Both the position numbers and the translations under genes were made by a program. From the NCBI RefSeq assembly GCF_001194135.2, contig NC_068995.1, forward strand, positions 43,898,913 to 43,962,200: a stretch of DNA of 63,288 nucleotides, read 5' to 3'. The notes below the pieces were generated by a model. It ran no database searches, was not told the DNA's origin, and saw only the letters and a program-made list of their open reading frames with translations. This DNA is from Octopus bimaculoides (Eukaryota). Below are positions 13,107 to 25,192 of the stretch, one piece after another; position 1 is the stretch's first letter; every line of letters begins with the position of its first letter.

Positions 13107-14235
13107 ATACAGGGCATCAAGAGATACCACCACGCTGAAAAAATAGTAGTCAAATCCTGACTCTAAAACCACAATAAATGTCCGCATGGCACGAGTAGTT
13201 TATTTGGTCTTCGTCTNNNNNNNNNNNNNNNNNNNNNNNNNNNNNNNNNNNNNNNNNNNNNNNNNNNNNNNNNNNNNNNNNNNNNNNNNNNNNNNNNNNN
13301 NNNNNNNNNNNNNNNNNNNNNNNNNNNNNNNNNNNNNNNNNNNNNNNNNNNNNNNNNNNNNNNNNNNNNNNNNNNNNNNNNNNNNNNNNNNNNNNNNNNN
13401 NNNNNNNNNNNNNNNNNNNNNNNNNNNNNNNNNNNNNNNNNNNNNNNNNNNNNNNNNNNNNNNNNNNNNNNNNNNNNNNNNNNNNNNNNNNNNNNNNNNN
13501 NNNNNNNNNNNNNNNNNNNNNNNNNNNNNNNNNNNNNNNNNNNNNNNNNNNNNNNNNNNNNNNNNNNNNNNNNNNNNNNNNNNNNNNNNNNNNNNNNNNN
13601 NNNNNNNNNNNNNNNNNNNNNNNNNNNNNNNNNNNNNNNNNNNNNNNNNNNNNNNNNNNNNNNNNNNNNNNNNNNNNNNNNNNNNNNNNNNNNNNNNNNN
13701 NNNNNNNNNNNNNNNNNNNNNNNNNNNNNNNNNNNNNNNNNNNNNNNNNNNNNNNNNNNNNNNNNNNNNNNNNNNNNNNNNNNNNNNNNNNNNNNNNNNN
13801 NNNNNNNNNNNNNNNNNNNNNNNNNNNNNNNNNNNNNNNNNNNNNNNNNNNNNNNNNNNNNNNNNNNNNNNNNNNNNNNNNNNNNNNNNNNNNNNNNNNN
13901 NNNNNNNNNNNNNNNNNNNNNNNNNNNNNNNNNNNNNNNNNNNNNNNNNNNNNNNNNNNNNNNNNNNNNNATTTATACATGAACTACTATTGAACTACAA
14001 AAGCTCAAAGACAATATAATGTATGGGTATATTTATTTTTTTATATATTATTGTTTTATATATTATTTTCTTCATTTTGTACTTCTTTGTAAAAAAACAT
14101 TTTCATTCTCCTTCTTCTTGACAATTTGCTTCTTCGCAATGAAAACCGGTTAGAAAAAATCTTTATTAAATTATGCTTCCAGTTCAGCATTCTGGCGTTT
14201 TTTCATTTTCCTACACACACACATATATATATATA

Positions 14236-14454
14236 TAAGGGGGTTCTGAAAAATTCCTGGTTTTAAGGGTGTCGCGAATGGCCTAGTTGGGGGCCCAACC
14301 TTCTGAGTTCTTTTAGAGGGCTTAGAATAACTGAAGGACTGCTGTAATAAGGGTTTGAACCTGAGAGGGGATTATGTTGAATGAAATCATGATTAACTGA
14401 TCCTCCTGTATTTTCTTTTACCCGAAGCCAGGAACTTTTCAGCACCGCTTCATA
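14236..14454. mobile_element. Tc1/mariner-type MITE
   Basis: Imperfect TIRs of about 27 bp (ggggttctgaaaaattcctggttt / aagccaggaacttttcagcaccgc), TA-flanked, non-coding interior. Confidence 0.7.
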
Positions 14455-14469
14455 GTTATGATTGTGTTG

Positions 14470-14885
14470 TGTTTGCGATGGTTATGGTGGTGGTAGTGGT
14501 GGAGGTGGTGGATGGTGGTAGTGGTGGTGGCAGTTACAGTGATGTGGAGGTGGGAGTCTGTGGTGATTGCGCAGTTATTGGTTGTCTTAGTGGTGCAATT
14601 GCGGTAGCGGTGACGGTTGGCAGTGTTGATGTTGACAGTGCGAGTGGCGTTGGAGAAGGCGGTGGCGGTGATTTTGTGGTGGCTTCGACCGTGGTGGGGG
14701 TAGGGGTGGGGTATGGTGCCGGCGGCGGCGGCAGCGGCGATGGTGGTGGAGCTGATGGCAGAGTTGGCGGCGGTGGTGATACTAGTGGTTTTGATTGTGG
14801 TGGTAATAATGGTGGTAGCGTTACTGTTGTTGTAGTAGTAGTAGTCGCAGTAGTTGTTGTTGTTGATGGTGGTGGTATTGGTGGT
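14470..14885. repeat. GC-rich degenerate GGT/GGC/GTT triplet low-complexity tract
   Basis: Direct reading. Confidence 0.8.
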
Positions 14886-15364
14886 CTTTTAGAGCTGAAG
14901 CGTAAGATATAATTAATAGCAGTATGATAGTTTATTCCGAGTGAAATTAATTCTTCTCTTTCTGATTAGTGATGTGCTATTTCCAAATTAGAATTACAAT
15001 TAAACTTTGCATTTAATTATAATTACTTCTACAGCAACAGAAGAAAGATTTTCGTCTCACTTGGCGTCAGTGACCTTATTCTTCCCTTTACTGATGTTAA
15101 ATAGTTATGCATGTGTGCAAGTATCTCACACTAGTTTTTCATTTGTCTTCGCTTTCGTCTTGTTCTGTCGTTTATAGTTTTACTCTTATATTTTTTTTGT
15201 GATTTTCTGATTCTTCACGTTTAACTCTTTGATAGTCTTCCATCACTTGATTATTGACAAGAATTTCTCATAGTAAAACATAAAATTCGAAATAATACCA
15301 AACAACAGACTCTCTGGACTCATTTAATCTTAGTCGTCGTCAGCCGCAGTTACTATTATCACAT

Positions 15365-15501
15365 CTTTCTTCTTCTTCTTCTTCTTCTTCTTCTTCTTCT
15401 TCTTCTTCTTCTTCTTCTTCTTCTTCTTCTTCTTCTTCTTCTNNNNNNNNNNNNNNNNNNNNNNNNNNNNNNNNNNNNNNNNNNNNNNNNNNNNNNNNNN
15501 N

Positions 15502-15592
<91 letters not shown>
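15365..15592. repeat. Compound (CTT)n-gap-(CTA)n-(TTA)n microsatellite
   Basis: Direct reading. Confidence 0.95.
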
Positions 15593-15599
15593 GCAGCTA

Positions 15600-15792
15600 G
15601 GCGGGGAGCTGGCAGAAACGTTAGCGCGCCGGACGAAATGCTTAGCGGTATTTCGTCAAATTCCACCGAGATCGACTTTGCGTTTCATCCTTTCAGGGTC
15701 TTTAAATTAAGTACTAGTTGCGTACTGTGATCGATCTAATTGACTGGCCCCCTCCCAAAACATTTTCGGGCCTTGTGCCTACAGTAGAAAAG
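15600..15792 (+). mobile_element. SINE S1 (tail b) with about 20-bp internal deletion
   Basis: atttcgtc is joined directly to aaattccacc, removing tgccgttacgttctgagttc. Confidence 0.9.
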
Positions 15793-15812
15793 ATTATCAT
15801 TATTATTAATAA

Positions 15813-16024
15813 GGCAGCGAGCTGGCAGAATCTTTAGCACGCTGGCCGAAATGCTTAGCGGTATTTCGTCTGCCGTTACGTTCTAAGTTCAAATTCCACT
15901 GAGGTTAATTTTACCTTTCATCCTTTCGGGGTCGATAAAATTAGCACCAGATACGCACTGGGATCGATGTAATCGACTTAATCCCTTCCCCCAAATTTGA
16001 GGATTTGTGCTTCCTGTAGAAAGG

Positions 16025-16025
<1 letters not shown>
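15813..16025 (+). mobile_element. SINE S1, full length, followed by (TTA)n
   Basis: Head, B box, body and tail all present. Confidence 0.9.
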
Positions 16026-16072
<47 letters not shown>

Positions 16073-16172
16073 TTTCGCCCGTCTTTTCTTTCTGAGTTCA
16101 AATTCAATTCTTTCTGAGTTCAAATTCCACCCCCAACACCATCTAGAAAATAGTAGGCGAAGATAGTTTATA

Positions 16173-16355
16173 AAGGCGGGATTAGGGTGACAGACTCGTT
16201 AGTATGCCGGAAAAATGCTTAGCGTTATTTTTTCCGGCACTTTACGTTTAGAGTCAAATGTCACCGAGATCGATTTTTACCTCATCATTTCCAGATTGAT
16301 AAAATAATGTACCGTTCTCAAGAAATTGCGGGTCTTGGCCTTAAATTATTGAACC
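16173..16355 (+). mobile_element. Decayed SINE S1
   Basis: aaatgcttagcg..gagatcgattt..gataaaataatgtacc; preceded by a duplicated ttctgagttcaaattc fragment at 16071-16130. Confidence 0.65.
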
Positions 16356-16364
16356 CTATAAAGT

Positions 16365-16535
16365 GTGCAACGAGCTGATTGAATCGTAAGAGCGTCGGAC
16401 AAATTGCTTAGCATCATTTCTTCCTCCTCTGTACGTTCGTAGTTAAAATCTCTCCGAGATAGAGATTTCCTTTCATCTTTTTGGGGTCGATAAAATAAGT
16501 ACCAGTTCAGCATTGAGATCAATAAGAAAGGATTA
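16365..16535 (+). mobile_element. Decayed SINE S1
   Basis: cgagctgattgaatcg..cctttcatctttttggggtcgataaaataagtaccag. Confidence 0.75.
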
Positions 16536-16576
16536 TCATTGTTATTATTAAAAGAAATCATTATTGTTGCTAATTT

Positions 16577-16806
16577 CTTCATTGTCCACGAGGGGTTAGA
16601 CATAGAGGGGACAAACAAGGACAGACAAAGGGATTAAGTCGATTACATCGACCCTAGTGCGTAACTGGTACTTAATTTATCGACCACAAAAGGATGAAAG
16701 GCAAAGTCGACCTCGGCGGAATTTGAACTCAAAACGTATCAGCAGACGAAATACAGGTAAGCATTTCCCCCCCGGCGTGCTAACGTTTCTGCCATCTCGC
16801 CGCCTT
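16577..16806 (-). mobile_element. SINE S1, full length, tail a
   Basis: Reverse complement of the 1601 and 9770 copies. Confidence 0.9.
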
Positions 16807-17834
16807 CTTATTATTACTATTATTATTATTAGTGAAAAGTATTTGAAAAACATTGTCGAAAATAGCTTGTAGTAGGAAGGTGTAAGTTTACATTTTACGC
16901 TGTGGTATCTTCTCTCGATAATCCTATTGCTAATGTTACTGTGAACTATATGAATCCCACAATCTCCAACTTTATCTCATCAATAAATGAATGAAATACA
17001 CCTGCAACAATAGACCAATATGATATTTCGCACTATTTATTTCATACTGCCTGGAAATTAATTACAAGTTTTCACTATAGCAATATCTGCTTCAAACAAT
17101 CGCATACATTACAATGCAAACTTGCTTTGAAGAAGCAATTGTAATTGACTAACTGCGTGCGTAATCCTCAACTAGTCAGGACAGGAATATCGGTTCGTGT
17201 CTCACAGAAGACAAACTGTTGTTCCGTATCTCTATCGCTCATATGGTTTGTTTCACCTCTACATATCTGTCTGGGTTAAAGTAGTAGTAACATCAAACAG
17301 TCATGTTGATGTGGCGATTAACTTTACTTGTCAATATAGTTACGACTCTCATCTCTTATTGAGATTTTCTAACTGGCTATTGTGCTTATTGAAAATATTC
17401 ATCTTCGCCTAAGTATCCAGACTTTACGAACAACGTGTAGTGCTACTTCTTCGGTTGTTCCTCACGATTGTTCAGGTGATGTATTCATTGTTTTGCACAA
17501 TTTTGTCGATAATGTTTCCTTCATTGTCCATTCCCCACCGCCGCAAAATTGTTCTGCTTCTCATGATGATGGCGCTCTGTTGACTTCAGTTGTAATTTCC
17601 TGTAGTTCCATAGTTAGAATTACGAGCTTGTAGGTTGACAGCAAGAGCTCGGAGAAAGTATATGTCGTTTGGTGTGTCAGAGTAATCCAAACTGATGCCT
17701 GAGACACATCCTAAAGCACCTTAAACCTTATTGCCTTCCACGCTACCCCCAGCGGCCATTTTTAGGATTTTTCTTATTATTATTTTATTCTTTTATATTC
17801 TTATTTCTATTGTCTTTATTGTTTTGTGCCGTAT

Positions 17835-18170
17835 CAAGTTTCATTCAGTCTTTTAAATGTAGTCATACTGGAGCACGTGTTTCGCTGAACAAATCGATAC
17901 AAACACTTATTCTATCGGGCTCTTTTGGCCGACGTTCTAAATTTACGGGAACACAAACAAACCAATATCGGTTGTCAAGTGATGAGAGACAAATACACAC
18001 ACACACACATACGACACGTTTATTATCAAATTCACACAGTTTCTGCCTACCAAATTCTCTCAAAAAGTATTGGCCGCCCCTTGACTATACTAATCCTCTG
18101 TGTCGTGCAATGGGACTGAACCTGGAACTACGTAGTTACAAAACAAATTTCTTAACCACACATCCATACC
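17835..18170 (-). mobile_element. Decayed SINE S2
   Basis: gggactgaacctggaac B-box region, cttattctatcgg module and ctggagcac tail segment. Confidence 0.7.
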
Positions 18171-18837
18171 TACACTCTAATTATTCCTTAACGGTACCAT
18201 GTCTTTATTGTTATTGTTGATCTCAGTATTTCACTCCACTTATATCCCCATCTCTGACGTATATTTATTTACTTATAAACCATTGTTGTCACCGTTAATC
18301 TCACTTATTTTACCCTTTGTCAATAACTATCTCCTGGGATTTTTTTTTCTATATTATTTGGTATTTATTTGAACTTTACTCTCATTGTTGGTGATACCCT
18401 TTCATTTCCTGTGAATCTCACACTGATGCTTGTCTGTTTTCTATTCCGCCTTACGCTCTTTTGCAACATCTTACACCCTTGTGGCCAAATAAGAAATAAT
18501 TACGTTTCATCGAAGCTGCTAACAAATTCACACCCTGTATGATAGTGTTGTTCAAGCTAGATTCACAGCATTCATTGTCGGCATTGTCTGCCATAGAAGA
18601 ACTTCTTGGGTTGCAGTCGTTACTGATAATATATCTGTCTTTGTCAACGCCCGCTATCACATTTGGCTTCCTCTTATTCATAATAGAAGCAGAGAATGTA
18701 AAAATGTTAATTTGAAAACCGCTGAAAGTAACGTTCTTTCCACTAAATTGAAAATTGTGACTGTATTAAATTATTTTATTCCAACGAATTGGAAAACATC
18801 TATACCTACATAATGTTTTCCACTGCACATCGTTCGA

Positions 18838-18839
18838 AA

Positions 18840-18904
<65 letters not shown>

Positions 18905-19035
18905 TGATGATGATGATGATGACAGGAACAATAGCAGCATCATCATCCTCATCATCATCATAATTATTATTATTATCATTATTATTAGTAGTAGTATTAG
19001 TATTAGTATTATTAGTATTATTATTATTATCAATA

Positions 19036-19078
<43 letters not shown>
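18838..19078. repeat. Compound (AAT)n(GAT)n..(CAT)n(ATT)n triplet tract
   Basis: Direct reading. Confidence 0.95.
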
Positions 19079-19079
<1 letters not shown>

Positions 19080-19951
19080 TTATGTTTGACTTTTTCTTTG
19101 CATTTATACAAGTTGACTCCAAGTCTCACCCAGAGACTTCAAGAGACAACGGGTTAGAGGTTCATGTTGGTGTTATGCCTAGGGTGCCATATATTTGGTT
19201 TTGCAAATAGTGTTTAAGAAACCATAACAAAATTATGTGAATGTTTTAAAATTTGAGATTACATAAACAGTATTTTACGTAGGATATGGGCAGTTCCCAT
19301 GAGCACTATCTTTTGAATTTCTGACATTTTGGAATTTCCTGGTATCTGAGCTAGGTAGTAATCAGCCCCTTTTGCTATCATTCCTAGGGCACCTATGACA
19401 ACAGGTATTGTTTTAGTCTTCAGGTTCCACATTTTACTAATTTCTATTTCAAGATCTTTATACTTGCTCAGTTTTTGGTAGGTCTTGACAGATACGTTTA
19501 TATCAATTGGGACAGTTATATCAATGAGGAGGCATGATTTTTGCCTGAAATCCTTCAATATAATGTCTGGCCTATTTGCATCTATCTTTCTGTCAGATTG
19601 AATGGTGAAGTTCCAGAAGAGTGAAATGTGATCATTTTCAAGCACTGGGGGTGGTTTGTGTTCCCACCAGTTTTTATTATGCGGCCAGTCCAGGTTTTTG
19701 CAAATTACCTAGTGAATATATTGTGCAGCTCTATCATGCCTGTTAAGATACTCCGTAGGCGCAAAAGACTGCACATGGAGACATCATGATCAACAGTCTC
19801 ATTTTGTTGTTTATATACCCGATATATTGAGGAGCTGCCCTTCTTTAATATGTTGGCCTGGTAGTTCCTTGTAGGTAGGCATTGATCTTGGGCTGCTATG
19901 ATAAACCCTTCTGTTTCTGATTTTAAGCCAGAAGCCATTAACCATTGATGG
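19079..19951 (-). mobile_element. 5'-truncated R4/Dong-clade non-LTR retrotransposon (decayed CCHC, restriction-like endonuclease, 3' UTR)
   Basis: HQWL..LKSETEGFIIAAQDQCLPTRNY; decayed CxxC..H..C; RHDRAAQYIH*; NRPDIIL..LIDITVP..KLSKYKDL; PVVIGALG..EIQKIVLMGTAHILRKIL*. One frameshift and one TGG>TAG stop; (AAT)n follows the 3' end. Confidence 0.92.
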
Positions 19952-20640
19952 GTATATATATATTCAAACATATATGTACGTATATATATACAAGTATATA
20001 TATATATATATATATACATATATATACATATATATATACATATATATGTATGTATGTATTTCTCGTGACTGAATAATGCAGTCATTTGAACGAAGACGCA
20101 CGTCTTACTGGCACACTCGTATTTTTCATTGAAAATCCATTGTATTCTTTGGACGCTAATAAACAATGTCACACACATGCGCTCAGTGCTAAACTACACC
20201 ACGTGAAGGATAAAGCGGTTAATATTTATCGTGAGATTTTCAAAGGCTTTTAAAATCAATAATGTTTTATTTATATTATTTAATTTCTTTTTATTATTAT
20301 TATTTTCGGAGATAATAGCGATACTTTTATTTCAGTGTAAAGTTTATGAGCCATCTTGTCGCATGATTTATAGTTAATACTGAGATAAATCTTCCCCGAG
20401 TCCTTACAATTACTGAAAAACGTTAGACGAAATTTTCATTTCTATGGAAAGACGAAAATTCTGAAGTAATTTACAGCCACTACTGACGTAATAAAACTTT
20501 AAGGTACCGTTGAGCATACTGGCCGTTTCTTACGCACATGTTTTCTACGTAGAAATTTTCTTATTTTCCACATGAATATAGCCTGAAGATATATATTTTC
20601 TACGTATTTGTATATTTATAATTTCTATATATAAATGTTT

Positions 20641-20940
20641 GTGATGGTGCGTGACTTAGTGGTTAGGGTAATTGGCCCACGATCGTGAGTTCGACTATCG
20701 GCGGCACCGTTGTCCTTGAGCAACACACTTTATTTTGCGTTGCTCCATCCCACTCAGCTAGCAATAACGAGCTGCACCTGTAATTCAAAGGGCCGGCCTT
20801 GTCACATTCTGTGTCACGCTGAACTACGTTAAGTGTACACGTGCCTGTGGAGTGCTTAGCCCCTTGCACATTATTTTCACGAGCAGGTTGTTAAGTTGAT
20901 CGGATCAACTGGGACCTTGTTGTCGTAACTGACGATGTGT
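20641..20940 (+). mobile_element. SINE S3
   Basis: tRNA-like head (gacttagtggttaggg..gagttcgac), gtccttgagcaacacacttt central segment, 3' domain shared with 38362 and 58729. Confidence 0.85.
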
Positions 20941-21068
20941 CATATACTTGTTCATGTATGTATGTATGTAAGTATATATATATATATATATATNNNNNNN
21001 NNNNNNNNNNNNNNNNNNNNNNNNNNNNNNNNNNNNNNNNNNNNNNNNNNNNNNNNNNNNNNNNTATA

Positions 21069-21170
21069 TATACGACGGGCTTCTTTCAGCTTCCGTCTAC
21101 CAAATCCACTTACAAGGCTTTGGTCGGCCCGAGGGTATAGTAGAACGTGCCCTGCAGTGGGACTGAACAT
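21069..21170 (-). mobile_element. SINE S2 central fragment
   Basis: tacgacgggcttctttcag..ggcccgag..gggactgaac, same as 7490-7590. Confidence 0.85.
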
Positions 21171-21257
21171 GCAACCGTGAATATTATTGACAGTGAATTC
21201 GGTGTTTCGGCCAATTACTCGGAAAGATTCAAGAGGTTATGATTTTGCTCTTAACCT

Positions 21258-21452
21258 TTAGGCGTCATTGCATAGAAGCGTAAAATCCCTAACCTGCAGT
21301 TAAAATACAAGACCAGACACTGCAATAGCGTGGGATGCAAAGATCCAAAGCTCTTCAATATCCTTCCGAAGGATTAGAGAGAAATACATGTTGTGGATGT
21401 AGATGTCTTCAAAACTAAACTGGATCTCCAACTGTCGAGAGTCCCAGATGAG
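21258..21452 (+). mobile_element. CR1/Jockey-group LINE RT C-terminal remnant
   Basis: KTRHCNSVGCKDPKLFNILPKD*REIHVVDVDVFKTKLDLQLSRVPDE fits the LFNxLP..FKxxLD..PDE ending of such ORFs. Confidence 0.7.
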
Positions 21453-22487
21453 GTTATTTTATCAATAATGAGGGGAAATATGATTTAGATTAAATATATC
21501 GATTAAAGTCACAGATTTTAATCTTGATTTATGTGGGCAAGTCTGACAGAAAAGGCGCACATACTTGCCTGTGTTGTTAAGTTGTTCACTTCTGAACTAA
21601 AAGGACAGTAGTTAAATCTCATTGAACGGCAAATTAGACACGCAATGAAGTCTCATCTACAAAAACCTTGATTCGATCAAAGCTTTGTAAGTGGAATTTG
21701 GTGGAGAGAAACTGTGGAAAATCTGATCCTAGGGATCGAACCTGTTCATGGGAATTGGACTCAATCCGTCTCTCTCAGGTGTTTTAAAGAGAATCCACTC
21801 TGCTTTAACAATTCGGGATTCCGATCTAAGTATGACATTTCCTTTTCTTTAAGTCTCGATGCTTTTGAAAAATGCCATGGCCACTATTTTTGCTCTATTG
21901 ATTAAACTGTTGAAGAATAGGAAATTGAAATATTTATTAATATTGTATAAATACAATAAATTATTGATCACAGCCATTACTGATATCGTAGAAGGTCTTG
22001 GATTAATAACAAAGCAATTATTTCAAATGAGAAACATCTTGTAAATTTCTTAACATCTGTCAACTTGTATCGTTCAGCTTGTATGCTGTCAGTTCATATT
22101 ATGTAAACACTTTCACAAAATTCTAATACGTTGAGGAGACTTATTAATAAATCTCAAGACAACACTGTATTAATAAGACACATTCTGAGATAAAGATTAT
22201 AATTATATTTTACAATTACAAGATACCGGGTTATTTTATAGGTAGAAAAGAGAATAGATTGAAAATGAGTTAGTTAACTGTATTAATTTGAAGGCAGCGA
22301 CCAGTAATTGAAATATCAAAATTAAGGCTTTTGACGTTCAACTTACAAAGCTATTTATTTCCATTGTCTGACCAGTCTCGAATATTATTATGGCGATCTC
22401 TTACATCCATTTTTTTTATGTCCCAACAATTTATGTTTATTTAGTGTAAATGGAGTGAGATTGATTCAAACAAGAAATTATCATGCT

Positions 22488-22676
22488 TAATATTGCTTTC
22501 AAATTTTTGCACAAGGCCAGCAATTTCTAAGGGGGAGTAAGTCGATTACATCGACCTCAGTACCCAACTTGTATTTCTTTTATCGATCCCGAAAGGATGA
22601 AAAGGAAAGACGACACCGGTGAAATTTAAGTGTTTTGTCCCCGGCGTGCGAACGATTCACCCAACTCACTGCCATG
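22488..22676 (-). mobile_element. SINE S1, tail c, internally deleted
   Basis: Reverse complement has ctggccttgtgcaaaaatttgaaagcaatat tail and the S1 body. Confidence 0.8.
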
Positions 22677-24009
22677 TTATCTTCTTCGTATTGCAACGTA
22701 ATTAGACAATTTCATTTTAAGGGTATTATGACCATGAGGATTACGTCGCCCTCATTCCATTCCCAAGAAGATTAGGAGTAGAAATATGGTAAAATATTTT
22801 CAATTCAGATCGAAAATCGTGTTCTGTGTGCAAAAATATCAGGTCATCCCATATATTTGTTCTAGAATTTAGGGAGAAGGGTGGGACGAACCATAAATTA
22901 TTGCGGGACCTATTCTTTCGACCAGATAGTTGAAAAGTTGGTTTATCAACGATTTCATAAGTGATTTCATAACCTGCTATGCTTCGGTGCAGAGTTTCCT
23001 TTTTTGTACTCATAAAGCATTTGTGCCTCAAATGCTCTTTGGATACTTCCATGATAGAAAGGGTATTAATCAAAGAAATTTTAAGTCTATTATTCTGCAA
23101 AATAATATTTAATTAGTTTAAATGTACACAAATGCATAAAAATAATTTGAAATTCCATTAGACATTCTTAGATACTATTAAATTTCATTCATTTTTTTAA
23201 AAAAAACGTAAAATCGGACAGAACTTATGGGATAACCTGATATTAGTTTCGTATTCGATAAAGAACTGCAATGTAAAAATATAATTAATTATAATCATAA
23301 TAAGGATTCGATTTTGATTACTAAGTTATAATTACATACCGTACCGCAAGGATTCCTGTTCTTCATATCCTCATTCTTCAACAACAGGAGAAATATGAAA
23401 CTAGAGCCAAGCCAGTGCTGTTTATACTGACTGTAATTACATCATTTCAATAAAAGTATTGATTTCGAAGTCAGAATATTGATGTAATAGCTAATACACA
23501 ATCTGAAAACAGAATCGGTTAATGTTTTCCAATTACATCACTCATCGTGTAATGCAGACGCCATGATTGAATAAATGAGATTTCAACCTTTGGGAAATCT
23601 TGAATTCGTGTTCTACTACTTAAAAGAAAGATAAGAGATAGGTTTAGTAGTGAATTGGTTCCAACTAAGGGGAAATTAGTACCAATCGACTCTGGCATAT
23701 GTCTTTCGTGTTGTGAGCTTGATTAACACTCCATCAAAACCAAAACGATTGCGCATGTTTGCAGCAATATATAAAGTTACATATGAGGAAGCTTGGCTTT
23801 CATTCTTCAGAACAGAGTTTTGTTTTAATCTTCCTGCGACCTTATATCGCAGTTTCCGAGTTCACACGTAACCAGTTACATGGAGATGTTACCACATAAT
23901 GTTAAGCTTTTCTTGCAATATTGCGAAAGAATCGAAACTTGATCAACACCGTTCTACCGTTCTTTCTTTCTTTTTTTTCTTTTTTGTTTGCTGCTAAACT
24001 ATGTACCGT

Positions 24010-24410
24010 AGAGAGAGAAGAGAGAGAAACAGAGACAGGCAAGCGGACGGACATACAGACAGACAGACAGAGAAACAGAGAAAAGAGAGAGGGCACGAGA
24101 GAGACACAGAAAGACAGAGAGGCAGAGAGGCAAAGAGAAAGACACAGAGAGGGACACACAGAGAGACAGACAGAGAGAAATAGAGAGACAGACAGACAGA
24201 CAGACAGAGAAAGAGAGAGACACGAGAGAGATACAGAGAGACAGAGAGAGAGACACACAGAGAGACAAAGAGAAAGACACAGAGAGAGACACAGAGAGAG
24301 ACAGACAGAGAGAAATAGAGAGATAGACAGACAGACAGACAGAACAGACAGACAGACAGACAGACATGCAGACAGACAGGCAGACATAGAGAGATAAAGA
24401 GAGGGAGAGA
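24010..24410. repeat. GA/GACA compound purine-rich microsatellite
   Basis: Direct reading. Confidence 0.9.
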
Positions 24411-25156
24411 CAAATTGAGCTCACTGCCAGAGGAAGTTGAGAGCGTGTTCAAACAGCGGCTGTTTGACAAATCTGCAGTACTGACCTCAGAGCTTCTTGA
24501 GTAACGACGTGGGAGGGGAAAGAGATGCGGCAACAAACGCAACTACAATAATGACGTCAGCAACAACCATAGTACTCACAAGAGTTCAAATGTTTTCTAA
24601 TAATTTGATCAAATTATTTAACCTGGGATCAAATCAACAGCCAGAAATATCAGAACAACGAATGACATGTAGCAAAGTATGAGCTGTTCCGGCGTTCACT
24701 AAGTAATATGCCCTTTTCTGATTAATCAATAAGTTTTACTGAAGGTTGTTTATCTCATGCAAGGGTCATAGTGTTAATTACTTGACTTTAACTGTTTAAA
24801 TTGATAATTAATTTATAATGATTTCAAGAGAAATTGTCGTCCAAACTACTTCCAAATAGGAAAGTTAGCTTGTTATTTATTCTCTCCGTGTCTTCCTGTC
24901 GGTCTTTCTCTTTCTGTTTATCCATCTCTCTCTCTCTCTCTNNNNNNNNNNNNNNNNNNNNNNNNNNNNNNNNNNNNNNNNNNNNNNNNNNNNNNNNNNN
25001 NNNNNNNNNNNNNNNNNNNNNNNNNNNNNNNNNNNNNNNNNNNNNNNNNNNNNNNNNNNNNNNNNNNNNNNNNNNNNNNNNNNNNNNNNNNNNNNNNNNN
25101 NNNNNNNNNNNNNNNNNNNNNNNNNNNNNNNNNNNNNNNNNNNNNNNNNNNNNNNN

Positions 25157-25192
<36 letters not shown>

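Noticed and set aside
14469-14912. Gly/Val-rich 147-aa ORF
   Set aside because: Translation of a degenerate GGN triplet tract; no domain or splice support.
15600-16806. Regularly recurring repeats that might suggest a CRISPR-like array
   Set aside because: Units are ~200-bp SINEs of mixed orientation and divergence; no constant repeat-spacer period and no cas genes.
20641-20710. tRNA-like sequences at SINE 5' ends
   Set aside because: A/B boxes are present, but there is no intact cloverleaf and each continues into a SINE body; not tRNA genes.
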